A stretch of 64,000 nucleotides of DNA, taken from a virus. The stretch is from IMG/VR virus record IMGVR_UViG_3300043775_001731. One strand, given 5' to 3'. Shown here in pieces: positions 50,452-60,031 of this stretch; positions within the stretch are counted from its first letter, which is position 1; each line of letters begins with the position of its first letter. The translations under genes and the position numbers were made by a program. The notes under the pieces were generated by a model. That model saw only the letters and a program-made list of their open reading frames with translations, was not told the origin of the DNA and ran no database searches.

Positions 50452-51321
50452 ATGAAATACATTATTGCAAATGACGGTACTGTTACTGCGGTTGTTAGTG
50501 GTCAGGCATACTGCTTCGGCAAGTCCCACCCTAACTATAATAAGTTAATTAATCATCTTAAGAATAACAATGTCGAACACTTTGAGGCTTCTTACGATAT
50601 CATTTCGCATGTTAATGCTTACTGCGATGGATATGTAAATTGCCAAGATGGTGGCTTGAGTTGGGATGGAATTAAGATGCCCGATATGTTTACTGGAACA
50701 ATCCTTGATATGATTAAGCAAGGTTTTCCTTTTGAGCCTATGTTGAATTTCCTTGATAATCTTAGTCAGAATCCATCTGACCATGCTGTTATTGAGTTGT
50801 TCGACTTTATGGAAAACAAGAACATGCCTATCACATATGATGGTTGTTTCTTGTCCTATAAGGCTGTACGCGAAGACTACAAGGATATTTATTCCGGCAC
50901 TTTTGACAATCGCGTTGGTTCTATTTGCGAAGTCCAGCGTAGTAAGGTAGACAGCAATCGTGACAACGGTTGTGGTAAGGGTCTACACGTTGGTGCTATT
51001 GATTATGCTAAGAGTTATGGCGGCATTGATATTGATAACGATAATGATGGCGGTGGCAATCGTCTAATGATTTGCAAGGTTAATCCACGCGATGTTGTTA
51101 GCGTACCAAATGACTCTAAGTTTCAAAAGCTTCGCACTTGTCGATATGAAGTTGTATCTGAATTTGATAGCATTTTCGATAAGGTTGTTCATATGACCGG
51201 TGATGATATTGAACATGTTAATCGTAAGAAGCGTAACCGGGATTGGGTTGTTGAGGTTACGGCAAAGATGGATAGACTTAATAGAGTTCTTTCCAAGCGT
51301 AGGCAGGCTGTTAGTGTTTGA
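50452..51321 (+). CDS. rIIB: rIIB-like protein
   Basis: follows rIIA; NPS, DGCFLSYKAV, CGKGLHVG, KVNPRDVVSVP..KLRTCRYEV. Confidence 0.88.
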   Translation: MKYIIANDGTVTAVVSGQAYCFGKSHPNYNKLINHLKNNNVEHFEASYDIISHVNAYCDGYVNCQDGGLSWDGIKMPDMFTGTILDMIKQGFPFEPMLNFLDNLSQNPSDHAVIELFDFMENKNMPITYDGCFLSYKAVREDYKDIYSGTFDNRVGSICEVQRSKVDSNRDNGCGKGLHVGAIDYAKSYGGIDIDNDNDGGGNRLMICKVNPRDVVSVPNDSKFQKLRTCRYEVVSEFDSIFDKVVHMTGDDIEHVNRKKRNRDWVVEVTAKMDRLNRVLSKRRQAVSV

Positions 51322-51381
51322 TTGTGTGTTAAATCCGATGGGGGAAGAAATTCCCCTGTCGGTTTTTTCTTGGAGTAAATA

Positions 51382-52425
51382 ATGAATATTAATAACGATA
51401 CAAAACTTGATTTCGATGATGTATTACTCGTTCCACAGAGATCCCGAGCCGCCTCACGGTCCTTGGTCGATGTAAAAAGAACGTTTAAATTTTTTCACTC
51501 ATCTTTGGAGTGGAGTGGTGTTCCTATAATGGCCGCGAATATGGATACCACTGGCACATTCGAAATGGCAGAATCTCTATCAAAGAAAAATTGTATCACA
51601 TGCCTACACAAACATTATAATATAGAAGATTATATAGAAAATCTCCAAGATCTAAATACATTTTGGTATAGCATGGGAATTAATGATGAAGAAGTCAGCA
51701 AACTTAGGAAGATAGTTGATAGAATAGAAGATATACCAAATATCTGTATTGATGTTGCTAATGGATATACAGATAAGTTTGTAGACCACTGTGCAAAAAT
51801 AAGGGAGAAGTTTGGAACTAGGCCCGTTATAATGGCTGGCAATGTATGTACTCCCGAAATGGTTCATGAATTAATTCTTCACGGTGGCGTTGATATTGTT
51901 AAGGTTGGAATTGGGCCGGGATCAGCATGTACAACAAGACTAAAAGCTGGAGTAGGATATCCTCAATTATCAGCAATTAATGAATGCTCTCACGCTGCCC
52001 ATGGATTAAAAGCACAACACAAGCACTTGGGTCTAATTTGTGCAGATGGTGGCTGTAGGACTCCAGCAGACGTTGTAAAAGCATTTGCTGCTGGTGCAGA
52101 CTTTGTTATGCTTGGAGGCATGATTGCTGGTACAGAGGAATGCAGTGGAGAATGGAGTCATATAAACGGTAGTAGGGTTTTAACATTCTATGGGATGAGT
52201 TCCCATGCAGCACAGGAAAAATATGGTGGAATTAAAAATTATAGGGCCAGTGAAGGTCGCGTTAAGACGGTAGAATATAAGGGTGAGGTATCAGATGTCA
52301 TTGATGATATATTGGGTGGTATCAGAAGTGCTTGTGCATATGTTGGGGCAGATAGTATAAAAGACCTTCCAAAATGTGCAGAATTTGTTAAAGTTAATAG
52401 GGTACACTTTGATAGGAGCATTTAA
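51382..52425 (+). CDS. guaC: GMP reductase
   Basis: LDFDDVLLVP, AANMDTTGTFEMA, IDVANGY, KVGIGPGSACTTR, FYGMSS, YRASEG. Confidence 0.92.
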   Translation: MNINNDTKLDFDDVLLVPQRSRAASRSLVDVKRTFKFFHSSLEWSGVPIMAANMDTTGTFEMAESLSKKNCITCLHKHYNIEDYIENLQDLNTFWYSMGINDEEVSKLRKIVDRIEDIPNICIDVANGYTDKFVDHCAKIREKFGTRPVIMAGNVCTPEMVHELILHGGVDIVKVGIGPGSACTTRLKAGVGYPQLSAINECSHAAHGLKAQHKHLGLICADGGCRTPADVVKAFAAGADFVMLGGMIAGTEECSGEWSHINGSRVLTFYGMSSHAAQEKYGGIKNYRASEGRVKTVEYKGEVSDVIDDILGGIRSACAYVGADSIKDLPKCAEFVKVNRVHFDRSI

Positions 52426-52991
52426 TGGAACTGGAATTACAAGAAATAATAAACAATAATGGATTACGCAAAGAATCTTTTCAATTGATGATTGACAAAT
52501 TATCAAAAAAAGATAGTCCGTTGATTATAGAAACTGGCTGTGTAAGACAAGTAAATGATTACGGTGCTGGAATGTCAACTGTAATATTTGATAAGTTTAT
52601 TCAAGACAATAAAGGTCAATGTTATTCAATAGATATAAATCCATATAATATAGAATTAGCAAAAAGTATAACTAAAAATATAAGTCTTATATGTTCTGAT
52701 TCAGTTTCTTATTTATTTCATATGAATAAACAGTTGAGAGAAATAAACAAAACAGTAGATCTTTTGTATCTAGATTCTTACGATTTTGATCATAACAATC
52801 CTCACCCATCATCTATGCACCATATTATGGAATTGTTATGTATTTGGCCTTCATGTTCTGCCGGAACTATAATTGCTGTAGATGACAATTTTGAAAATGG
52901 ACACGGTAAAGGTAAATACGTTAAACAATTTATGAAGAACATAGGTATAGATCCTATTTTTGATGGCTATCAAATAGTTTGGGAATTATAA
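52425..52991 (+). CDS. class I SAM-dependent methyltransferase-like protein
   Basis: IIETGC, SIDIN, SDSV, DLLYLDSYD, IAVDD. Confidence 0.7.
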   Translation: MELELQEIINNNGLRKESFQLMIDKLSKKDSPLIIETGCVRQVNDYGAGMSTVIFDKFIQDNKGQCYSIDINPYNIELAKSITKNISLICSDSVSYLFHMNKQLREINKTVDLLYLDSYDFDHNNPHPSSMHHIMELLCIWPSCSAGTIIAVDDNFENGHGKGKYVKQFMKNIGIDPIFDGYQIVWEL

Positions 52992-53416
52992 TGTCTAAAT
53001 GGGATTATAGGTTTCTTGATTTAGCTAAATTTATTTCTGGATGGTCTAAAGATCCATCGACTAAAGTTGGTGCTGTCATAGTTGATAAAAATAATAGAAT
53101 AGTCTCTGTTGGATATAATGGTTTTCCTAAACATATAGAAGATAATGATAGACTGAAAGAGAGAGATACAAAGTATAATATTATTGTACACGGCGAGATA
53201 AATGCAATCTTATTTGCTAATAAATCTGTAGAAGGATGTACTTTATATACTTACCCATTTATGCCATGTCCAAGATGTGCTGGTTTAATAATACAGTCAG
53301 GAATAAGCAGAATAGTTTCATTCGTAAACAAAATAGATAGATGGGAAAAAGACTTTGAATTATCAAGGGAATTATTTCATGAATCTGATGTCGAATGTGT
53401 GGAGTATCAAACATGA
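52991..53416 (+). CDS. dCMP deaminase
   Basis: WSKDPSTKVGAVIV, GYNGFP, HGEINAI, PCPRC. Confidence 0.92.
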   Translation: MSKWDYRFLDLAKFISGWSKDPSTKVGAVIVDKNNRIVSVGYNGFPKHIEDNDRLKERDTKYNIIVHGEINAILFANKSVEGCTLYTYPFMPCPRCAGLIIQSGISRIVSFVNKIDRWEKDFELSRELFHESDVECVEYQT

Positions 53417-54184
53417 GTACTAATAATAAACGCACAGTAAAAGAGACTCTAGATATGATAGAGGAATGTGTTTACTCAAACAAGCTAGAATTTCTTGCAG
53501 AACTAGTAGTCAGGCTAGAAAGTGAATATATAGATATTGCTAGACTTGGAACAGATGACAATTATCAACCTAATTGGACTCATCTTCAAGTTTTAGATTA
53601 TATGACATATGAACAAAAACCATGATTGTTTTTGACAGTACTAATGGGTATAACAAGGTGAAAGAACAAGGAGAAAAAGATATGACGGTTGTAGAAATGG
53701 CAAAAGCACATTTGCAAAATGTTGCTCAAAGGATTGAAGAATTGACAAAGCAGCAGGCTTTAATTCAAAATGAGATTGAGCAACTAAAGGCTTATGTGCA
53801 AAATGGCGTTAAAGATGTTCAAGTTTTCGAAGAATTAAATAGCAATGAAGAAGGAGATTGATATGAATTATACTGAATTTTTTGACAGACTATCAAACCT
53901 AGCTGATGCATATCATTGGGATATTAATCATAATCGTGTTGTTGCCACCATTCAAAGTGGTCACTACAAGGGTGTAACATTAAATCCAATTACTGCTTTA
54001 GCACACAAGTCTGGGTTTGGATTTTTTCGTAATAATCGTGAAGATACAGAGTTCGCTGCTCGACTTCTGGGTATTCCGCGATCAATTGCTAGAAACGTAT
54101 ACAGTGCTACACTAGGCACTTATAATCGTGGCAATACACAGGTAGTAAGAGGTAGAATTCGTTCAGCATTGGAGGTATGATAGC

Positions 54185-54517
54185 ATGAATATTAATACAT
54201 GGTTAGGTTGTGGCAGATTAACAAAGGATGCGGAATTAAGCACAACCCAAAAGGGTACTGCTATGGCAAAGTTTCGTATGGCCGTGAATGATCGTCGCAA
54301 TGAAGATACTCTATTCTTAAATATCCTATGTTTTGGAAAAATGGCTGAAGCATTAAAGGATCATCTAAAGAAGGGCAGATTGGTTGGCGTTCAAGGGAAG
54401 CTAAAAATTGATGATTATCAAGATAAGGATGGGAATCAAAAGAACTCTATCTGCGTAATGGCAGATGAAATTTCTTTAGGCCCGTCTGGAATTGTAGGGC
54501 AAGACTCTAAAGAGTGA
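54185..54517 (+). CDS. ssb: single-stranded DNA-binding protein
   Basis: GRLTKDAEL, FRMAVN, FGKMAE..LKKGRLVGVQGKL. Confidence 0.9.
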   Translation: MNINTWLGCGRLTKDAELSTTQKGTAMAKFRMAVNDRRNEDTLFLNILCFGKMAEALKDHLKKGRLVGVQGKLKIDDYQDKDGNQKNSICVMADEISLGPSGIVGQDSKE

Positions 54518-54541
54518 AATGGATAGTCAATCTGTCTAAGG

Positions 54542-54578
54542 AATGGCCCGTCGCCTTGTGCTTCGGGCCATTTTTTTT
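54542..54578 (+). terminator. intrinsic terminator
   Basis: AATGGCCCG...CGGGCCATT followed by a T tract. Confidence 0.8.
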
Positions 54579-54634
54579 AAGTTTGCGTCTTGACTGTGAC
54601 GATAGTTATGGTATGATCACAGTAGGAAAAAATT

Positions 54635-55135
54635 ATGAACCCACAGCCACATCCTAGCGTTGGAAATTTTTGGGCATTTGTTATCATTTGCTTAACAATT
54701 TTTTATACATATAAGGCATACATTGAGGGCAAATCAATTAGCTTCAACAAGCTAGATAAGTTTGTTATTGGATATGTAGAAGACTACACGTATATTGAAA
54801 AACCAAAACAAGTAAAGGTTGTACCAACACAAAGCTGTGCTGTCAAGAGTGTACCAAAACGCACCGTTGCAGATAAGCCCAAACCTAAGAAAAATAACCC
54901 CGTCATTAATCAACCGGCAACCATACCTACTATTACACCAACAACAACAACCCCTAAACCAAAACCAGTACGAGATGAGCAACTTTACAATGATTGTATT
55001 AGTTCGCTTGTAGCACTTGGATACAAAAAGACAGAAGCAAAACAGAAAACCAAACAAGCTTTTGATAATCATAAAGTAACTAGTATTCAAGAATTTATCA
55101 AGCTTATTACTATCAATACTATAGATTTCTCATGA
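54635..55135 (+). CDS. membrane protein with RuvA C-terminal-like helical domain
   Basis: N-terminal TM, Pro/Thr linker, ISSLVALGYKKTEAK. Confidence 0.55.
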   Translation: MNPQPHPSVGNFWAFVIICLTIFYTYKAYIEGKSISFNKLDKFVIGYVEDYTYIEKPKQVKVVPTQSCAVKSVPKRTVADKPKPKKNNPVINQPATIPTITPTTTTPKPKPVRDEQLYNDCISSLVALGYKKTEAKQKTKQAFDNHKVTSIQEFIKLITINTIDFS

Positions 55136-55539
55136 ATATAATAGATCAATCACTTGAAATAGCACTGAGCCTTTTACCTAAAGCCAAAGAGGAAAGACAA
55201 ACTAAGAATAAATTTTTTCACTTTGCTTTTGGATACAAGAAAAATAAACTTCTTGCAATAGGGCAAAACAATCCAGAGAAAACCCATACTCAAGCACTAG
55301 TATTAGCTAAAAGGTTCAATACAGATAGTGAATACCCTTACTTTCACGCAGAAACTGATCTAATATCTCGTTTATGGGGTAAATATTATATAGATAATAG
55401 CCTCAAAATGGTTATTATAAGACTAAATAAGCGTGGCGAATTAAGATGTAGTCAGCCGTGCGATAAGTGTGATAGAATAATGAGATCTCTAGGTATTAAC
55501 AAAGTATGGTGGAGCATAGACAATGGATTCAATAAATAA
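55132..55539 (+). CDS. cytidine/deoxycytidylate deaminase-like protein
   Basis: HAE...PCDKC zinc motif. Confidence 0.75.
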   Translation: MNIIDQSLEIALSLLPKAKEERQTKNKFFHFAFGYKKNKLLAIGQNNPEKTHTQALVLAKRFNTDSEYPYFHAETDLISRLWGKYYIDNSLKMVIIRLNKRGELRCSQPCDKCDRIMRSLGINKVWWSIDNGFNK

Positions 55540-56083
55540 CTTAGTTGGCATGAGAGTTTATTTAGTTGGTGCTATGGATAGAGTTCCAGACGGTGGAACT
55601 ACTTGGCGTAAGCGAATAACTCCATATCTAAACGAACTAGGGGTAACTGTCATTGACCCGTGCGACAAACCAATCAATGGGGTTATTGAAGATGAAGAGA
55701 CTAGGCACTGGATAGAATACTACAAAGAGACAGAAAAGTATGAAAAGATCAAAGAGAAATTTGGTATAATACGCAGTGCAGATTTGCGATGTGTAGATAT
55801 ATCTGACTTCATTATTGCTCATATTGATCTTAATATTCATGCTTGTGGAACATACGAAGAGATAGTAACAGCTAATAGGGAGAAAAAGCCAGTTTTAATA
55901 TGGTGCGAACAGGGTAAAAGCCAAGCACCCAATTGGTTATTCTTTATGTTGCCACACGAACATATATTTAATTCTCTGAGCGAGGTATTAAACTATCTTA
56001 GCTATATAAATCAAGAAGAAGACGTAACAAAACTAAAACGATGGTTCTTTTTTAGGAATAACAAAATAAACTATGAATACTAA
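55523..56083 (+). CDS. nucleoside 2-deoxyribosyltransferase-like protein
   Basis: VYLVGAM, WR, DLRCVDISD, GTYEE. Confidence 0.75.
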   Translation: MDSINNLVGMRVYLVGAMDRVPDGGTTWRKRITPYLNELGVTVIDPCDKPINGVIEDEETRHWIEYYKETEKYEKIKEKFGIIRSADLRCVDISDFIIAHIDLNIHACGTYEEIVTANREKKPVLIWCEQGKSQAPNWLFFMLPHEHIFNSLSEVLNYLSYINQEEDVTKLKRWFFFRNNKINYEY

Positions 56084-57146
56084 AATTAATGTAATGGCCC
56101 CAATTAATCAGCTTGGTTACGGCGTATCATCCTTAAACATTATCAAAGAACTATCTAAATCCATAGAAGTTTCTTTATTCATGATAGGACAACCTCAAGT
56201 AACAAATCAAGAAGATGCCGACATAATCTCTAAATGTATAAAAAATTCTCAGTTTTATGATTATAATGCCCCATGTATTAAAATATGGCATCAACATGAT
56301 ATGGCACAATTTGCTGGCAAAGGAACCAGAATAGGGTTTCCGATATTTGAGTTGGATAAGTTTAATGATTTTGAAAAGCATCAACTTCAATCTTTAGATA
56401 GAGTGTTTGTATGTTCAGAATGGGCTAAGAAAATAGTATTAAATAATACAACTATTGAAGAATCTAACGTTATAGTAGTCCCGCTGGGTGTTGATTCATC
56501 TATTTTTCAGCCGTCTGAAATGCCACAAAATAGTCCAACAAGATTTTTTAATTGTGGTAAATGGGAAATAAGAAAGGGGCATGATGTATTAGTTGATATA
56601 TTTAACTCAGCGTTTAACGAAGATGATAATGTAGAACTATTCATGATGTGCGAAAATCCTTTCTGCACAGAGCAGGAACAAAATGAATGGATAAATCTAT
56701 ATAAAAAGTCTAAACTGGGATCTAAAATACATATTATTCCACGACAGAACACTCAGCAAGAAGTGTATAATATAATGTCCCAAACTCATTGTGGAATATT
56801 TCCAGCAAGAGCAGAGGGGTGGAATTTAGAGCTATTAGAAATGATGGCTTGTGGAAAACGTGTAATAGCCACAGATTATTCTGCCCATACAGAATTTTGT
56901 AACTCTAATAATGCATTGTTAATACCTATAGAAGAAACCGAAACTGCATATGACGGTAAATGGTTTCACGGTCAAGGTAATTGGGCTAGGATAGATAATA
57001 GGGCCAAAAATATTGCTATAAAATATATGCAAAATATCCATGAACTAAATATAACTAATAGTTTAACTGTTAACGAATATGGAATTACAACTGCTAAAAA
57101 TTTTAGCTGGAAAAACACCGGGAGAAAAATATTAAATGTTATTTAA
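56073..57146 (+). CDS. glycosyltransferase family 4 (GT-B)
   Basis: VPLGVD, GKWEIRKGHD, PARAEGWNLELLEMMACG. Confidence 0.88.
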   Translation: MNTKINVMAPINQLGYGVSSLNIIKELSKSIEVSLFMIGQPQVTNQEDADIISKCIKNSQFYDYNAPCIKIWHQHDMAQFAGKGTRIGFPIFELDKFNDFEKHQLQSLDRVFVCSEWAKKIVLNNTTIEESNVIVVPLGVDSSIFQPSEMPQNSPTRFFNCGKWEIRKGHDVLVDIFNSAFNEDDNVELFMMCENPFCTEQEQNEWINLYKKSKLGSKIHIIPRQNTQQEVYNIMSQTHCGIFPARAEGWNLELLEMMACGKRVIATDYSAHTEFCNSNNALLIPIEETETAYDGKWFHGQGNWARIDNRAKNIAIKYMQNIHELNITNSLTVNEYGITTAKNFSWKNTGRKILNVI

Positions 57147-57516
57147 TTTCTTCAAGAAAAAACCAGATAATGAACAAGTTTCAGAACCTAATGAAGTTTT
57201 AGCAAAAATAAGTTATATAGTTTCTAAAGGTTCAGATTCTACGATAGTGGATGTAGAACTGGAGGATTATAGTGATGAATCTATTGAATCACTGTGTTAT
57301 ATAATCGACACTTTAGCAGAAGATAGGGCGATACTAGAAACTATGAATATAGTAAAAAATGCCCTTGTAGAAGAAGGTAGAGAAGATTGTCTAATTAAAA
57401 TTTTCAATCTTATTAGTAAAGATACTAAAGCAAAAATCATAAATGGGCATAAAGATAGTAAGGCGGATGAACCTTGTATAAAACCGTCTGAAGTTTTCAC
57501 AAAATAGGAGTCATAT

Positions 57517-57972
57517 ATGTCTAAAAAAATAGGATGGCAAAAATATGAAGATTATATTGAAAAACAATTATCATGCCCCATATTACAGAATATAATACAG
57601 AATATGATGCCAGAAGCAGAAGAAGATATTTTGGGTGAAGAAGACGATGACGATGATGAAGACGAATCATATGAAGATGAAGACAATAAAAAAGATATGA
57701 TGTCAGCAGCTTTGCATAAGATGTTGCCACTCACTCCGCAGGTAATAGATGATATATCTATGTTAGCTAATTTTGACTGCTGGATTGGTCACACAAACTT
57801 CGATATTACACCAGCCATAAAAAATAAACTCAATAAAATGCCCGGTATTGAGATACTAAAAATCTTTAGTCGTTATAGATTTTTTGTTGGTATAGGACAG
57901 ATGTTTGATTTTCAGAATATAAGATTTGATATTGAACAAGAACTTATAAAAGGAGAATTTGATGATGAGTAA
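57517..57972 (+). CDS. hypothetical protein with acidic tract
   Basis: AGGAG RBS; WIGHTNFDIT...GIEILKIFSRYRF. Confidence 0.65.
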   Translation: MSKKIGWQKYEDYIEKQLSCPILQNIIQNMMPEAEEDILGEEDDDDDEDESYEDEDNKKDMMSAALHKMLPLTPQVIDDISMLANFDCWIGHTNFDITPAIKNKLNKMPGIEILKIFSRYRFFVGIGQMFDFQNIRFDIEQELIKGEFDDE

Positions 57973-58438
57973 TTGCATAGATGATAAGATACAGGTTGCC
58001 CTTAAGGATGAAAATATTGTTAAAATTATGAATAAGGCTTCTAAGAGATTTAGAAATCAATTAGATGCTGATTCTATAAAGACTTGCCAACTTAATGCGT
58101 TATGGAAAACATTCGTTAACTACAATGCAGAAAAGGGAGCTAAATTTACAACTTATCTATATAAGGGCGTGTTTATTGAGTGCATGAAGGAGATTAAGTT
58201 TGCCAATAAAAATAAGTCTTTTGGAATGTTGCACCAAAATATAGCATCCAATACAGATCCATTTTTTAGTATTGATCTAATGGACGAGTTTAAGAATTCA
58301 GAAGATAGGGATTTGATTGAAGATAGACTTAGCAATATGACTATAGCAGAAATATCTGAAAAACGTGGTAAAAATAGGGAAAGTATTAGACGTAAAATCC
58401 ACAAACTTGCAGACAACATAAAAGATAAATTCTGTTAA
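57959..58438 (+). CDS. sigma70/ECF-like factor
   Basis: ALWKTFVNYNAEKGAKFTTYLY (region 2) and MTIAEISEKRGKNRESIRRKI (region 4 HTH). Confidence 0.75.
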   Translation: MMMSNCIDDKIQVALKDENIVKIMNKASKRFRNQLDADSIKTCQLNALWKTFVNYNAEKGAKFTTYLYKGVFIECMKEIKFANKNKSFGMLHQNIASNTDPFFSIDLMDEFKNSEDRDLIEDRLSNMTIAEISEKRGKNRESIRRKIHKLADNIKDKFC

Positions 58439-58522
58439 ATGTGTATATAATTTTAGGAACTGGACTATAAAAGGATGCGGAATTATTACTTTGCAAATTT
58501 TATTTAATAAAAGGAGAATAAT

Positions 58523-59140
58523 ATGGCATCCCAAAAAGCAGTTTCTGCAAATGCATACAATAATGACGGTGGCGTTGTTCTAAATGGCGGTGCTGTTAGT
58601 GAAAATCTAACAGATCTATCACTTATCAACAATTTAGCTGACGTTCCGGGCTATGGTACAGTTGTAACTGAAGATACACCTACAGCCCCAAATAATTTTC
58701 GTGATCCACACGGTGTAACAAGGGCAAAAGAGGGTGGCACTTTTGCATATACTCCACCCGCTGGTAGCGAATTTCTATTAATGGCCGCTGGTGATACCAA
58801 TGCTGGTAAAATCAATGGATCATCTTCAACTATTTTAACTATCCCCGGTGGTGCTACAGAAGCCGTAGTTAATAAGAATCTAAAGACTACTCAGTTTGGT
58901 TCATATGCTACAAGAACATTTAATGTTCTTGCAACTCCATCTAGTGGCAATTTCCCCGGTCTTACCAGAGGTACTGGTGCTGGTACTGCTGTAACTTATA
59001 GAGCTACCAGCGGTAACTTCCCAGCCGTTGATGATGCTGCAAGTACTAGTAGAGCAGTTCCCGGTGAACTTACCTATAGATTTGGAGCAGCTTTACCAAC
59101 TCGTAATGTTGCCTACAAGGCTAAAGATAGTAACGAATAA
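58523..59140 (+). CDS. putative virion structural protein
   Basis: G/A/T-rich; AAGGAG RBS; GTGTATA upstream; terminator downstream. Confidence 0.6.
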   Translation: MASQKAVSANAYNNDGGVVLNGGAVSENLTDLSLINNLADVPGYGTVVTEDTPTAPNNFRDPHGVTRAKEGGTFAYTPPAGSEFLLMAAGDTNAGKINGSSSTILTIPGGATEAVVNKNLKTTQFGSYATRTFNVLATPSSGNFPGLTRGTGAGTAVTYRATSGNFPAVDDAASTSRAVPGELTYRFGAALPTRNVAYKAKDSNE

Positions 59141-59214
59141 GTCGTTATTTTTGGATAAGTGCCTTTTGAGAAATCTTAAGGCACTTTATCCTTCTTTTTC
59201 CTACGGAGGCAATT

Positions 59215-59808
59215 ATGCTAGACATAAAAAGTCCAGAACATATCACCTTTATATTTACTATCATTGGTGGTCTAGGAACATTTTTTAGCTTAATGTGGGT
59301 CAAGGTAATAAAACCAACAGTTAAATTTGTTAAAGGGCAGGAAGAAGTTGGTAGATCATTAGAAACAATCAAAAAAGAACTAACAACTAATGGTGGAAAT
59401 AGCCTAAAAGACGCTATTGTAGACTTAAGATCTACCGTTAATAGGATGGAAAAAAGACAAAAAGTTATAGAACAAAGAACAAAAGCCGCACTTCACTATA
59501 ATGATGCGGCATTATTTGAAACAGATGATCATGGTAGACTAACTTGGACCAATAATAATTTTTATGAATTAACACAAGAAGTTATTAACAGTGTAGAAGG
59601 TTATGATTGGCTCAATTATATAAAAGAAGAAGATAGAGAAGATCTTTTTGATGAATTGAAATCTTGCTTAAAAATGAATAGAAAATTAGTCAAAACAGTA
59701 CAAACAGTAGATGATAAGATAGTAAAAATGATGGGATTTCCATATAGGATAAATGACAAGGAGCATGGTGGATTTTTAATAAGCATTTCTCAACTCAAGG
59801 AGATATAA
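59215..59808 (+). CDS. TM + coiled coil + PAS-domain protein
   Basis: N-terminal TM, ELTTNGGNSLKD, ALFETDDHGRLTWTN...GYDWLNYIKEEDR. Confidence 0.7.
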   Translation: MLDIKSPEHITFIFTIIGGLGTFFSLMWVKVIKPTVKFVKGQEEVGRSLETIKKELTTNGGNSLKDAIVDLRSTVNRMEKRQKVIEQRTKAALHYNDAALFETDDHGRLTWTNNNFYELTQEVINSVEGYDWLNYIKEEDREDLFDELKSCLKMNRKLVKTVQTVDDKIVKMMGFPYRINDKEHGGFLISISQLKEI

Positions 59809-59809
59809 G

Positions 59810-60031
59810 ATGTTAGATCTAAAAGTAGGTTCAAAAGCATTCTCATTAAATACAACTGATCTTATTTCAGTTGGTAAGAACGCAGCATTAGTTGGTTTAG
59901 CCGCACTATTAACATATATTGGCGAAAATCTAACTAAGCTTGATCTTGGTAGCATGACAGCACTAATTGTGCCTGTTACAGTAGTATTAATTAACACAGT
60001 AGTTAAATGGGCAAAGGATAACTCAAAGTGA
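59810..60031 (+). CDS. putative holin
   Basis: 73 aa, two TM helices, basic C-terminus; upstream of a peptidase. Confidence 0.55.
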   Translation: MLDLKVGSKAFSLNTTDLISVGKNAALVGLAALLTYIGENLTKLDLGSMTALIVPVTVVLINTVVKWAKDNSK

